DNA of 64,000 nt from Vicinamibacteria bacterium (GCA_031412915.1 JANODX010000054.1:13126-77125); one strand, 5' to 3'. Shown: positions 26,664-36,842, counted from the first letter of the stretch. Numbers and translations are program-made. Notes: a model not told the origin generated them from the sequence alone.

Positions 26664-27824
26664 TCACCTTGCTGCTGTCATCTCTTCGTAGAGCCTCGCA
26701 TAACTTGCGATGCCTCCGGACAGGCTCAGCCGACGCCTCGCGACCGAACGGCACCGTTCGCGGACAGTCGGATCAGCCAGAAGCTCGGTCATCCGTTTCC
26801 AGCCTCGCCGAAATGATTCCGCCGAAAAGTCGTCCAGCACAACGCCGACTCGTTCGACCTCGAGTATTTGGTCCACGTCCCCCACCCCGGGTCCGGTGAG
26901 GACGGGCAACCCCATAGCGAGCGCCTCGGCCAGCTTTGTCGGACAGGACGCGATTTTTGAAGGGGTGGCCCTGATGAAGAAGAAGGTCGCGCGGCACCTC
27001 GACAGCCAGCCCGGCACATCCTCGGGTGGCGCATTTTGAACCGTGATCCCGGCCCCGGTCAGGAGCGACCGCGTGGCTTCGTCATCGTTGTTCGTCAGGA
27101 ACAGCACTCGGAGATGGGAGCCGGATGCTCGAATTTCCTTCACGAACTCCAACATCTCCTTCGTCATGTACCATCCGCCAAGAGAGCCGAAATAGACGAG
27201 ATCGAATACTGGCTCCGCCTGCGGATCGGCGGGAGTGAACTGCTCGCAATCGACACACGTGGGGATGACGTCGATCGGTAAGTTGACCCCTCTTTCTTCC
27301 AGCACGGCGCGGCCTCGTTCGGTGAGAACCACTACGCGCGCCGCGCGCTGGAGATTCCGTCTTTCCATGGCGCGCACCCCCCTATCCACCGCACTTCCGG
27401 CGGCCCATGAGCCGGCGTCAACACGCTCGTCCGAGAAGAAGCCCCGCATGTCCAGAAGGAGCGGCCCTGGCAATCGGGAAAGACGAACCATCACGGGAGT
27501 GATGTCGCCGCGGCAATGAAACAAATCGAACTTCGACAGACGGGCCAATCTCCTCAGGAAAGAGGCGCCGTTGACCACGTCGAACATTGTCGCAGGTACC
27601 CTGGGGCTCTTGTGATACCGGAGCGGATGCCAGGTAATTCCGCTTCGCGCGAGCCGTGTCCGCATCGAAGCCAGTCGATCGGTCTCCCTGAGTCTCGAGG
27701 GCTTCTCGAACGAAATCAGTTCGAAGAGAATTCCCCGGCGCGATAACCCTTCCAGATACGGAACAACTTGCGTCGAACCCAGCGGGTCCAGGGCCCCGTC
27801 GTAGGATAGGTAGGCGACGCGCAT
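26664..27824 (-). CDS. Glycosyltransferase family 4 (GT-B)
   Basis: 'MRVAYLSYDGALDPLGSTQVVPYLEGLSRRG' is a typical GT4 N-terminus. C-terminus '...KLAEALAMGLPVLTGPGVGDVDQIL'. The track ORF starts upstream at 27941; ATG 27824 was chosen. Confidence 0.75.
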   Translation of the reverse strand: MRVAYLSYDGALDPLGSTQVVPYLEGLSRRGILFELISFEKPSRLRETDRLASMRTRLARSGITWHPLRYHKSPRVPATMFDVVNGASFLRRLARLSKFDLFHCRGDITPVMVRLSRLPGPLLLDMRGFFSDERVDAGSWAAGSAVDRGVRAMERRNLQRAARVVVLTERGRAVLEERGVNLPIDVIPTCVDCEQFTPADPQAEPVFDLVYFGSLGGWYMTKEMLEFVKEIRASGSHLRVLFLTNNDDEATRSLLTGAGITVQNAPPEDVPGWLSRCRATFFFIRATPSKIASCPTKLAEALAMGLPVLTGPGVGDVDQILEVERVGVVLDDFSAESFRRGWKRMTELLADPTVRERCRSVARRRLSLSGGIASYARLYEEMTAAR

Positions 27825-27840
27825 CTCCGCACTCTCTTGC

Positions 27841-29679
27841 TCAACTCGCATCCGACCCCGCAAACCCCGAGACGAATTCGAAGGTGCCTGCAGCGCACAA
27901 TATCTTCCACTTGTCCTTGGCGTCGCCCGGGCAAGCCCCACGAATCAACCTTTCGCTCGTCATCCGATGGTGGGCAGCCTCAACAAGCGCAATCATCTTG
28001 GGGGTATTGAGCCAAACTTCCTGAGGCGTCTCAAACCCTCTCTTGTCGTGTCGGCCCAGGATGCCTTCCGGGACGAGGCCTCGCAACCCAACCCGCAGAA
28101 GGCGTTTGGTTGAGCCGTCCCATATCTTGGATGAAGCAGGGGTCGAGAAGATGAACTCAACGAGCTCATGGCTTAGGAAGGGCAACCGCGTCTCTCTCCC
28201 AAAGGCCATCGAGGATCGGTCCGCAAAGCGAAGCAACGCCTGCAAGCCATGGTCCAAAGTGAAGAACCGCAGTGCTTCGTCAAGGGTCGCAAAGTTTCGA
28301 AACGGTCGCGGCGCGCGGTCGAATTGCTGATGCCAGTCTGGATTGACGAAGCCTGGGGTCGCATCAGGCAAGAGCCAATGACGCGCCAAGGACGCGGCCT
28401 TCCAAGCAGCAGGAAAGAGCGCCTGGGCCTTTTCAGCAAACCGGAGTGGTGGAACATCGTAGTGTTCCTCTAGAGCCGCTCTCTGGTTCTCGTACATGGC
28501 GGTCCCATCGCGACGCCAGACCCCTTTCAGGAAGGTCGTGAAGAAGTGGGAGTATCCAGCTAGGGTTTCGTCTGCACCCTGTCCGTCCAAGAGGACGACA
28601 ACGCCATGCTCCTTCGCGGTCCTCATCACCGCCCACTGGGCAAAGATGCTCGCGGTGCCGAACGGCTCTTCCTGGTGGTAGAAGACTTGCTTCCAAGCGT
28701 CTGCCAGACCCCCGCCGTCGGGGAAGACGTCATGTCGGATGCACCCAGTCGCTTTCTCCGCCACATCGATGTATCTCCCTTCATCGAGAGCCGCGTCGGA
28801 AAATCGAGCAGAAAAGCTATGTCTCTCCGAAGTGGAGATGCTGGCAACAAGGCTCACAATGGATGTTGAGTCCAGGCCGCCCGACAGACTAGTTCCCACT
28901 GGAACATCAGAGCGCAGTCGCCGCGTCACACTCAGCGAGAAGCGCTTGCGGAACTCCTCGCACTGCTCATCAAACGGAAGAGTGGTGGATCCCATGGGGA
29001 GCGTCCAGTATCTCTGTGGTGTTATCGAACCGCCTCCGCGGGAGACCGTCAGCGCGTGGGCCGGGGGTAGGGATAGTGCCGGCGCGTAGAAGGTCTTCTG
29101 TGGGAAGTCTGGGTGCTGTACGACGTCGTGACGGAGGTACATGTAGAGCATCTCGTGTCGGATGCTGAGCTTGACCCCGCCCACAAACAGAGCCTTCATC
29201 TCTGATGCAAAGAGAAAGTGACCATCACAAATACAGTAGTAGAAGGGTTTCTCGCCAAATCGATCCCTTGCACAGAACAACTCGCGCTTCACCGCATCCC
29301 AGATCGCAAATGCGAACATCCCATCCAACCGATCGAGACAGGCCTCCCCCCACTGGGCATGGGCTGCCAAGAGCACCTCTGTGTCAGATGCACTTTCAAA
29401 CTGGTGCCCCTCCGCAGCCAGCTCTTCCCTCAGTTCGATGTAGTTGTAGATCTCGCCGTTGAACGTGATCGTGTAACGACCCGCATAACTCATTGGCTGG
29501 CTTGCCGCCTCGGTGAGGTCGACGATTGCCAGCCGACGGTGCGCAACCGCTACACCATCGCCGGTCCAAACACCCTCACCATCGGGGCCTCGATGGCTGA
29601 GCGAACCGATCATCTTCCGCATTCTTCTCGGATCGACCGGCGAACCGTCGAGCGAGACGTCGCCAGCAATTCCACACAT
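27841..29679 (-). CDS. asnB: Asparagine synthase (glutamine-hydrolysing)
   Basis: 'MCGIAGDVSLDG' is the Ntn Cys2. 'GPDGEGVW' and 'LSGGLDSTSIVSLVA' (PP-loop). 612 aa. Confidence 0.85.
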   Translation of the reverse strand: MCGIAGDVSLDGSPVDPRRMRKMIGSLSHRGPDGEGVWTGDGVAVAHRRLAIVDLTEAASQPMSYAGRYTITFNGEIYNYIELREELAAEGHQFESASDTEVLLAAHAQWGEACLDRLDGMFAFAIWDAVKRELFCARDRFGEKPFYYCICDGHFLFASEMKALFVGGVKLSIRHEMLYMYLRHDVVQHPDFPQKTFYAPALSLPPAHALTVSRGGGSITPQRYWTLPMGSTTLPFDEQCEEFRKRFSLSVTRRLRSDVPVGTSLSGGLDSTSIVSLVASISTSERHSFSARFSDAALDEGRYIDVAEKATGCIRHDVFPDGGGLADAWKQVFYHQEEPFGTASIFAQWAVMRTAKEHGVVVLLDGQGADETLAGYSHFFTTFLKGVWRRDGTAMYENQRAALEEHYDVPPLRFAEKAQALFPAAWKAASLARHWLLPDATPGFVNPDWHQQFDRAPRPFRNFATLDEALRFFTLDHGLQALLRFADRSSMAFGRETRLPFLSHELVEFIFSTPASSKIWDGSTKRLLRVGLRGLVPEGILGRHDKRGFETPQEVWLNTPKMIALVEAAHHRMTSERLIRGACPGDAKDKWKILCAAGTFEFVSGFAGSDAS

Positions 29680-30369
29680 TCGCAGGGCTCAGATCATTCG
29701 GGCGAGGGTTCGCTCGCCGGCGAAATCGGCGTCCCCCACAACGGGCGAGAAGGCAAGGACGGCTTTGGGGGGAGAGTGAAGCATCAGCGCTTCACGCGAT
29801 TCTAGCTGCAGAGATAGACCCCGGTTGGATCCGGCGGGTCGAGGGACCCGCGGCGAGCACTTCGCCCATTTTCCTCGGACGAGGACGAGGTGGTGGGTCA
29901 ATGGGCCACCGGATCATCGGGCGCTCTTTTCACCCTCTGGTCCTGAGACTTGTCCTGAGACTCTGGTGACGAAGACGGGATTTGAGGTAGAAGACGTTGG
30001 GACTGAGGGACTGAGTCCAACTCAATGGAGAGTCGGCGGGAACGGATGCCAGTTCGAGTCAACCGGCCCCGCTCCGGCTGCAGAACTCAATGACCGAATA
30101 GAGGCCAACGATGGGCTCCGCGTTGTGAGGAGTGTACCCTAATGCTAGTGGCGCGACGGCGGTAAGATCCGCGCGAAGGACTCGCGTCGGGGCCCCCAGG
30201 CCATGGCATGGGACCGCGTTGGCTTTACCTGATATGCCAGATTGGGCGTTCCTCTGGGTTGCGCCCTTTGCGGTGACTGCGTTTCAGGCCGCGGCTCGGC
30301 CGGATGTCAAGTAGTCGCCACGGACTGGGCAGCGTATCGTGACGCACTCCGACAAACAAGAGCTAACCG
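29680..30369. promoter_or_regulatory. About 690-bp divergent intergenic region between the asnB operon (minus) and the GT4-MT-GT4 operon (plus)
   Basis: No supportable CDS. Track ORFs here are short and low-complexity. The region is flanked by divergently oriented gene starts. Confidence 0.4.
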
Positions 30370-31467
30370 ATGGCGAAGCGAAGAACCAGTCTCCTGGTAT
30401 TGAGTCCCTATCCGACTGGCCATGTTCCCGGGCAACGATTTCGAATCGAGCAATGGCAGGACGAGCTCGAAACATACGGAATCGATTGCACTTATCTCCC
30501 TTGTGCCGATCCGGCATTGATGCGGATACTCTTTTCTCCCGGACACACTCTCTCGAAAGCCTACGGAGTGCTGCAGGGCAGCCTGCGACAGTGGCGCCAA
30601 CTGAATCTGCTGCCGCATTCGGACGTGGCACTCGTGTACCGCGCAGCTTCGCTGGCCGGCCCCCCCCTTCTGGAGCGAACGCTGAAGAGAAAGAAGATAC
30701 CGTTCATTCTCGATTTCGATGACGCCATCTTCCTCCTCAACTCATCTCCCGCAAATCGGTGGTCGTCGTGGCTCAAGTTTCCGAAGAAGACCAAGACGCT
30801 CTGTAAACTCAGTTCGCACGTCACGGTCGGTAACTCCTACCTGGCAGATTGGGCGAAAGGACACAGCCCACGGGTGACGGTCATACCCAGCAGTGTCGAT
30901 TTGAGTCTTTTCCCGGTCAGAGTCAGAACACGACACCCCCGGGACGGAGTGATCGTGGGCTGGACTGGCAGTCACACCTCTCAGGCCTATTTGGAGGCCG
31001 TTGCGCCAATGCTGACGAGGTTTCTCGCAGCAAATCCTGGCACCCGGTTGCGGGTCCACTCCGACCGCCCCCCGGCACTTCCTGGGATCACCCATGAATG
31101 GAGACCATGGAATGCGGAGACCGAGGCGGCTGAGATTTCGGCGTTCGATATCGGCATCATGCCGATGCATGAAGACCTGTGGTCGCGCGGCAAGTGCTCC
31201 ATGAAGGCGCTTCTCTATATGGCCGCTGGAAGTGTAGCTGTGTGCTCACCTGTTGGTCACAACACCGAAGTGATTCAGAACGGGGTGAACGGTGTCCTCG
31301 CCGCAACAGAAGGGGAATGGATCGAAGAGCTCTCACGGCTTGTCAAAGATGACACCCTTCGGGCGGTGTTGGGTACCGCCGGGCGCTCGACCGTCGAGAG
31401 TCGGTTCTCGCAAGCGATCTGTGGCCAATCCTTTGCACGCGTCGTCCACGCACTGGTTGCGGATTAA
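30370..31467 (+). CDS. Glycosyltransferase family 4 (GT-B)
   Basis: 365 aa. 'VIVGWTGSHTSQAYLEAVAPML', 'FDIGIMPMHEDLWSRGKCSMKALLYMAAGSVAVCSPVGHNTEVI...GVNGVL'. Confidence 0.8.
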   Translation: MAKRRTSLLVLSPYPTGHVPGQRFRIEQWQDELETYGIDCTYLPCADPALMRILFSPGHTLSKAYGVLQGSLRQWRQLNLLPHSDVALVYRAASLAGPPLLERTLKRKKIPFILDFDDAIFLLNSSPANRWSSWLKFPKKTKTLCKLSSHVTVGNSYLADWAKGHSPRVTVIPSSVDLSLFPVRVRTRHPRDGVIVGWTGSHTSQAYLEAVAPMLTRFLAANPGTRLRVHSDRPPALPGITHEWRPWNAETEAAEISAFDIGIMPMHEDLWSRGKCSMKALLYMAAGSVAVCSPVGHNTEVIQNGVNGVLAATEGEWIEELSRLVKDDTLRAVLGTAGRSTVESRFSQAICGQSFARVVHALVAD

Positions 31468-31470
31468 CTC

Positions 31471-32316
31471 GTGCTCCTTTACCAAGCGCCACCAACCGGG
31501 GCAGTTCTTCACCGAGGCGCGTCAATCGCCAGTTTCGACACGGCCGGACCAAACCTGGACACCGAAATTGTTGAGTCGTTCGGATCCGAATGGAAACGGT
31601 TCGCGTGGTTCTCCGACTCAGCGATTGAGGTAGCGGGCGCGGAGTACTTCGACGTCGTTCCCAAAGAGCTTTTGGCGAATGTGGGGCACGCTCTCGCTGC
31701 GGGGTGCGGTTCTGGGCGCTGGTCGCGGTATCTGTCGACCCGTGCCGGATTCGTGGAGTCCATCGACCCGTCCGAGGCCGTGCTCGGCGCCTCGGGACTC
31801 AACCGGGACCGGCCCAATGTTCGATGCCTTAGCGTTATCCACCATCTGCCCGACCCGACACTTGCCCTCCGCCGCGTCGTCCAGAAAGTGAGACTAGGCG
31901 GCCACGTCCTCGCATACGTCTGTTACAACCTAGATCATCGGGGACCCTTTTATCGGGGCTTGTTTCTTCTCGCTGACTGCATACGCCGCCGCGTCTCCCG
32001 GCTGCCGCCTCCGATGAAGGCTTGGGTTTGCGATGCGCTTGCGTTCTCGCTCTATGTTCCCTTGATCACGCTGTCGCGAACGGTGGCGCACTTGTCGGGC
32101 CGCCGCGAGGCGACGGAGGGGTTTCCTCTGACCTATTACCAGAACAAGAGTCTGCGGGACATAAGGACGGACGCGCTGGACCGATTCGGCACTGCGGTTG
32201 AACGGCGGTTCACTCGGGAGGAGTTCGTCGCCATGATGGGGGCTGCGGGTCTCGCAGATGTCACGGTGTCGCCACGGGCCCCGTTTTGGCATGCGTTGGG
32301 ACGACGGGCCTTCTAG
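31471..32316 (+). CDS. Class I SAM-dependent methyltransferase
   Basis: 'HALAAGCGSGRWSRYL' is motif I. 'SVIHHLPDP...LRRVVQKVRLGGHVLAYV'. GTG start 4 nt after the upstream GT4 stop. Confidence 0.6.
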   Translation: MLLYQAPPTGAVLHRGASIASFDTAGPNLDTEIVESFGSEWKRFAWFSDSAIEVAGAEYFDVVPKELLANVGHALAAGCGSGRWSRYLSTRAGFVESIDPSEAVLGASGLNRDRPNVRCLSVIHHLPDPTLALRRVVQKVRLGGHVLAYVCYNLDHRGPFYRGLFLLADCIRRRVSRLPPPMKAWVCDALAFSLYVPLITLSRTVAHLSGRREATEGFPLTYYQNKSLRDIRTDALDRFGTAVERRFTREEFVAMMGAAGLADVTVSPRAPFWHALGRRAF

Positions 32317-32345
32317 GTGCTCGCCCCAGGACTTCAACGCAATCG

Positions 32346-33509
32346 ATGACTCGCATCCTGCGCGTCTTCTCGCGCCTCAACATCGGCGGACCCTCGCTCC
32401 ACGTGATACACCTCAGCGCGGGGCTCGTGGGTCACGGCTTCGAGACCCGGTTGGTCGTCGGACAGGCCGACGAACACGAAGGCGATTTCCTCGACCTCGC
32501 CCAGAGCCGCGGCGTCGTCCCTGCGGTGTTTCCGGAGTTCGGCCGCGCCATCCGCCCGCTCGACGACCTGCGCGCGCTGTTCAACCTCTATCACCTGATG
32601 CGGCGGGAACGACCGTCGATCGTTCACACTCACACTGCGAAGGCCGGCGCTCTGGGCCGGGTCGCAGCCCGACTGGCCCGGGTTCCCATCGTGGTTCACA
32701 CGTATCACGGTCATGTCCTCTCCGGCTACTTTCATCCTCTGGTCAGCACCTTCTTTCGCGGAGTCGAGCGCGCTCTCGCACCGGGGACCGACGTCCTGCT
32801 CACGGTCTCCGATTCGGTCAAGGACGACCTGGTGCGGCTTGGCGTAGCACGCGCCCAGCGTGTGCGCGTTCTGCCGCTGGGCCTTGACCTTCAGCCGCTC
32901 GCCGGTTCCCTTCCCCGGGGAGCCCTGAGGAACGAGGCCGGCTGGACAAGCGCCGCGAGGGTCGTCGGAATTGTCGGTCGGCTGGTCCCGATCAAGGATA
33001 TCGACACCTTCATCGAGGCTGCATGCATTCTGGCATCGACAACGGATGACGTCCGCTTCGCCGTGGTGGGCGACGGGGAGGAACGCGCACGACTGGAGGC
33101 GCGTGCCAAGCCCATCCTTGGCGACCGGATCCGTTTCTTCGGATGGCGAAAGGACCCGCTCGGCGTTTTCGGGGATCTGGATCTGGTCGTGAACACGTCC
33201 TTGAATGAAGGCACCCCGGTGGCGCTCATTGAGGCGCTCGCGGCCGGCCGGCCGGTAGTAGCCACCGCGGTCGGCGGCACTCCTGATCTTCTCGAAGGCG
33301 GGCGCTTCGGCGCTCTGGTGCCGGCACGGTCGCCGGAAGAAACGGCCCAGGCCATTCAGGCGGCATTTGACTCGCCCGCGACGGCCTTACGAATGGCGGC
33401 TGAAGGACAAGTTGCGGTGTTGAAGCGTTATTCGGTGGCGCGCCTGCTCGAGGACATGGCCACCCTCTATCGCGAGCTCCTGGCCCGGCACGCCGGCAGG
33501 CTTCTCTGA
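32346..33509 (+). CDS. Glycosyltransferase family 4 (GT-B)
   Basis: 'MTRILRVFSRLNIGGPSLHVIHLSAGL', 'IVHTHTAKAGALGRVAARLARVPIVVHTYHGHV', 'FAVVGDGEERARLE...IRFFGWRKD' and 'NTSLNEGTPVALIEALAAGRPVVATAVGGTPDLL'. Confidence 0.8.
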   Translation: MTRILRVFSRLNIGGPSLHVIHLSAGLVGHGFETRLVVGQADEHEGDFLDLAQSRGVVPAVFPEFGRAIRPLDDLRALFNLYHLMRRERPSIVHTHTAKAGALGRVAARLARVPIVVHTYHGHVLSGYFHPLVSTFFRGVERALAPGTDVLLTVSDSVKDDLVRLGVARAQRVRVLPLGLDLQPLAGSLPRGALRNEAGWTSAARVVGIVGRLVPIKDIDTFIEAACILASTTDDVRFAVVGDGEERARLEARAKPILGDRIRFFGWRKDPLGVFGDLDLVVNTSLNEGTPVALIEALAAGRPVVATAVGGTPDLLEGGRFGALVPARSPEETAQAIQAAFDSPATALRMAAEGQVAVLKRYSVARLLEDMATLYRELLARHAGRLL

Positions 33510-33615
33510 TGAAAGACCACGAAAGCAGCGGGTCGCAACGGTCAAAACCTGTTCCGATCGGGCGAGCCGGATCGAGTTGGGGTCGATCGGGTTTGTCGGC
33601 CACGGCGCGTAAGCT

Positions 33616-34854
33616 TTGAAAATGAGCGGGGCTGATCTAGCGGCGGCGCGGTTGATGCGCGCCGCCTTCATGCTGCGCGTGATTGCCGTGGTTCTCATAC
33701 ATTTTTTCGCCCGTCCAGAAATCTTCGCCCCCGACGAAACTACCTACAATTCCCGCGGAGAACTCCTGGCCAGTTACTGGAGAGGTGAATTCCCGATAAA
33801 CCCGACAACAGCGTGGCAAGGAGAGACTTTGGGTTTCTACTACGTTGTCGCGGCCCTCTATTTTCCTTTCGGGCAGCTTCCGCTGCTTCCGAAACTTCTC
33901 AACGCCTGGATCGGATCGCTCGCCGTTCTCGAACTGTTTCGCTTGACTCGGACCATCAGCGGGAGTGAAACCGCGGCGCTACGGGCGGCGAAGTTCATGG
34001 CGTTCTTCCCTTCCATGATTCTGTGGTCGTCTTTGATGATTCGCGACGTCTGGGTTCAGTGGCTTCTCGTCCGCATGGCCAAAGAGATGGCCGAACTGAA
34101 GGGAAGGCTCATCCCCAGCCGGATTGCCTCCCTGGCTCTCCTGATCTGGGGAATCACTCTCTTCAGGTCGTACCTCTTCTTTGCCGTGCTGGGACCGTTC
34201 GCCTTGTCCTTCTTCCTGAGCCGGTCGAAGGACGTCATGCGAAATCTCGTCCTCGGATCTTTTCTGGCCCTGGGGCTTGTCTACGCCGGAGCGCGGCCAA
34301 GGGGGGAAGGAACCGCGGAGAAAATCCAGACTTTCGACCTCGTGGAATTGCAGCGACTTCGTGCGTGGAGTTCGAGTACGGTGGTGGCCGAATCCGGCTT
34401 TGCCAGCGACGCGGACGTTTCCACGGTCGGCGGAGCCCTGGGCGTCCTTCCCACCGGCCTGGTGTATTTCTTCTTCGCGCCGTTTCCCTGGCAGATCGGC
34501 TCGATCAGACAGTCGCTGGCCATACCCGAAGCCCTTTTCTTCTACACCCTGGTTCCCTCCATCGTCAGCGGCCTCCTTTACTTGTTCCGGACCCGGCTCT
34601 TCGAATCGGTCGGCGTCCTGCTCGTGACCATGACCGTCACTTTCGGCTACGCCATCGGGCAGGGCAACGTGGGCACGCTCTATCGGCACAAGGCGCAGGT
34701 CATCGGCTTTTACTACGCCTTTGCCGCCATCGGTAGAGAAGACCGGCGCCGAGGGCAAGCCCGAGCGCGATCGCCGGTCTACCCGCTGCAACCGAGAGTT
34801 CCCTTGCGCGGGGGGACGGTGGCGGCATACTCCGGCCCGACCCGCGAAACCTAG
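33616..34854 (+). CDS. Polytopic membrane protein, putative polysaccharide polymerase (Wzy/EpsG-like) or GT-C-like
   Basis: About 10 hydrophobic segments. 'FAPDETTY' is an acidic motif in the first loop. No soluble domain. Function inferred only from context between GT genes and the ligase-like gene. Confidence 0.4.
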   Translation: MKMSGADLAAARLMRAAFMLRVIAVVLIHFFARPEIFAPDETTYNSRGELLASYWRGEFPINPTTAWQGETLGFYYVVAALYFPFGQLPLLPKLLNAWIGSLAVLELFRLTRTISGSETAALRAAKFMAFFPSMILWSSLMIRDVWVQWLLVRMAKEMAELKGRLIPSRIASLALLIWGITLFRSYLFFAVLGPFALSFFLSRSKDVMRNLVLGSFLALGLVYAGARPRGEGTAEKIQTFDLVELQRLRAWSSSTVVAESGFASDADVSTVGGALGVLPTGLVYFFFAPFPWQIGSIRQSLAIPEALFFYTLVPSIVSGLLYLFRTRLFESVGVLLVTMTVTFGYAIGQGNVGTLYRHKAQVIGFYYAFAAIGREDRRRGQARARSPVYPLQPRVPLRGGTVAAYSGPTRET

Positions 34855-34869
34855 GGGCCCAACCACCGC

Positions 34870-36741
34870 GTGGAAGGGGACGCCAATCGGGGAGGGCCTA
34901 CGGTTCGGGTAAGGGCAAGCGTCCCGGTTGAATTGATCGGCGAAGCCCTGCTGGTCGCGGCCCTCATCGTCGCCCCCTGGATCTATGGCGCGGTCGAAGA
35001 CAGCGTTCGCTACGCTCTCTGCGCCATCGTGCTGGCCGCGACGGCGCTGTTTCTGTGGCCCGACCTGCGACGACAAAACCTCCCCAGTGGAATCGGCTTC
35101 GCTCTGGCCTTGCCGGCCTTTGCCCTGGTCCAATTAGTCCTTCGACAGAGTGTCGCTCCCGTACTCACCACCGAGGCCGCCCTCGTCGGTTTCTCGATGG
35201 CCATGGTCTGGGCCGCGGTCGATTCGCGTGTGGGTTCGGCCTCGACGAACACCAGCCGACGGCTGGCCATAGCACTCCTCGCGGTGTGCGCGTCCGAGTC
35301 CGCTTTCGCGGCGTTCCAATGGTCGACAGATCGGAGAGCGTTGTTCGGGCAGAGGAGCGAACTGCAGACTGCGCCCTTCGGCTCCTACGTGAATCACAAC
35401 AACTTCGCGGGTCTGGTGTCGCTCGCCGTGCCGCTCGCCATTGCCATGGCCATCGGCGACCTGAGGCGTTCCGGGAAACTGACACCCCGGGGCCTCGGCC
35501 TTATGGGCCTGGCCTGTGGTTTGGCCATCACCGTCTTCGCCAGCGGCAGCCGAGGCGGCGCCGTTGCTCTGGTCTTCGGCCTCATCGCGCTTTCGGGGAT
35601 TTCAGGAAGGCTCAGGCACCGGGAGCGGCAAGACAGACGCCGTTCGCGGATGGCCGCCTTTCTGGTGGGTGCTGCCATCCTTCTGGTCGCCATTCTGGCC
35701 ATCCCCGCTTCGACTCGCACTCGACTCGTCCACCTCTTCGACCCGGGCGGATCCATGGTCTATCGCGTCGACATCGGCCTCGCCTCCTGGCAGGCGTTCC
35801 TGAAACGGCCTCTTCTCGGTTCCGGACTTGGCGCTTTTGCCGATGCGGCGACACCGTTCAAGAGAGGGCACGGCGATGTTCGTTCCGAGCGGGCCGAGGC
35901 CGACCTGATCGAGTTCGCGGTGGAAGGAGGGGTAGGGCTCGTCCTGGCCCTGCTTGGGTTCGCCTGGTTCGCCTGGACATCGGCCAGGGTGGAGATGGAC
36001 CAGGGTCGGGACCGGAGCGGGAAGTGGCTGCGAGCCGGCGCTCTCGCCGCGTGCGCCACCATGCTGTTTCACTCTCTCTTCGACTTCGGTTTCAGAATCC
36101 CCGCGAACGCGCTCGCTTTCGCGGTTCTCCTCGGCATCGCCACCGCGGGCTCGACGGGTGTCAAGGCCGGCAGTGCGTTTCGTTGCCGCGCTTTGGTCGG
36201 CCTGCTCGGCCTCCTCGCGGTCGCCTGCGCCTATCGAAGCGTGGGCGCCGCCCGCGAACGAGCGGCTCTCGTCCGAACAACTCCGGAGAGTCGTCTCGAC
36301 GCTTTACAGAGCCTCGTCGATGCCCACCCGTATCTCGATCGCGCCCGTCGTCAAAGGGGCCTCGCCTGGATGTCGCTTGCCTACAGTCGCGGTGAGTACG
36401 ACCCCCTCCGACTGCGGCGGGCGAACGCCGATCTGCAGGCCGTGGTCGACGCCCGGCCGCAGTGGGGGGAAGCCCGAGCCGACCTTGCCTGGGTCAAATA
36501 CTACGAAGGCAAGACCGCCGAGGCCAGGACCCTAATGCTCCAGGCTACAAGCACCGATCCGACGCACATGGGAATCGGGATCGGTTATGCCCAGGTGCTG
36601 GCGTGGTCGGGCGATACGTTCGCCGCCATCGAGGAAGTGTCGCGCCTTCGAAAGGTGAATCCCGCGTGGCCCCGGGCGAGTGCTAGGGATCTGGCCTCTT
36701 CATGGACGCGGGATGCTTCAATTCTCTCGAGTATTCCCTAA
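34870..36741 (+). CDS. O-antigen ligase/polymerase domain (Wzy_C) membrane protein fused to C-terminal TPR repeats
   Basis: Hydrophobic N-terminal ~400 aa with 'SGSRGGAVALVFGLIAL' and 'LLGSGLGAFAD' (Wzy_C-like loop region). The C-terminal ~200 aa are helical repeats ('YSRGEYDPLRLRRANADLQAVVDARPQWGEARADLAWVKYYEGKTAEARTLM...'). Confidence 0.55.
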   Translation: MEGDANRGGPTVRVRASVPVELIGEALLVAALIVAPWIYGAVEDSVRYALCAIVLAATALFLWPDLRRQNLPSGIGFALALPAFALVQLVLRQSVAPVLTTEAALVGFSMAMVWAAVDSRVGSASTNTSRRLAIALLAVCASESAFAAFQWSTDRRALFGQRSELQTAPFGSYVNHNNFAGLVSLAVPLAIAMAIGDLRRSGKLTPRGLGLMGLACGLAITVFASGSRGGAVALVFGLIALSGISGRLRHRERQDRRRSRMAAFLVGAAILLVAILAIPASTRTRLVHLFDPGGSMVYRVDIGLASWQAFLKRPLLGSGLGAFADAATPFKRGHGDVRSERAEADLIEFAVEGGVGLVLALLGFAWFAWTSARVEMDQGRDRSGKWLRAGALAACATMLFHSLFDFGFRIPANALAFAVLLGIATAGSTGVKAGSAFRCRALVGLLGLLAVACAYRSVGAARERAALVRTTPESRLDALQSLVDAHPYLDRARRQRGLAWMSLAYSRGEYDPLRLRRANADLQAVVDARPQWGEARADLAWVKYYEGKTAEARTLMLQATSTDPTHMGIGIGYAQVLAWSGDTFAAIEEVSRLRKVNPAWPRASARDLASSWTRDASILSSIP

Positions 36742-36842
36742 AATGAACCGCGCGTTCTGTTTCCCTTCGGAAACTTCGCCAAACCAGGGAATCCGCATGT
36801 CGGTGTCGTGCCCGAGAACGTTCGCGGTTCGCTCGAAATTCC

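Noticed and set aside
33979-36395. Long antisense or alternate-frame ORFs (33979..35133 minus, 384 aa; 35055..36395 plus, 446 aa; 35954..36535 plus)
   Set aside because: Arg/Gly/Pro-rich with no motifs. They overlap well-supported membrane-protein genes. This is the typical GC-rich frame artefact.
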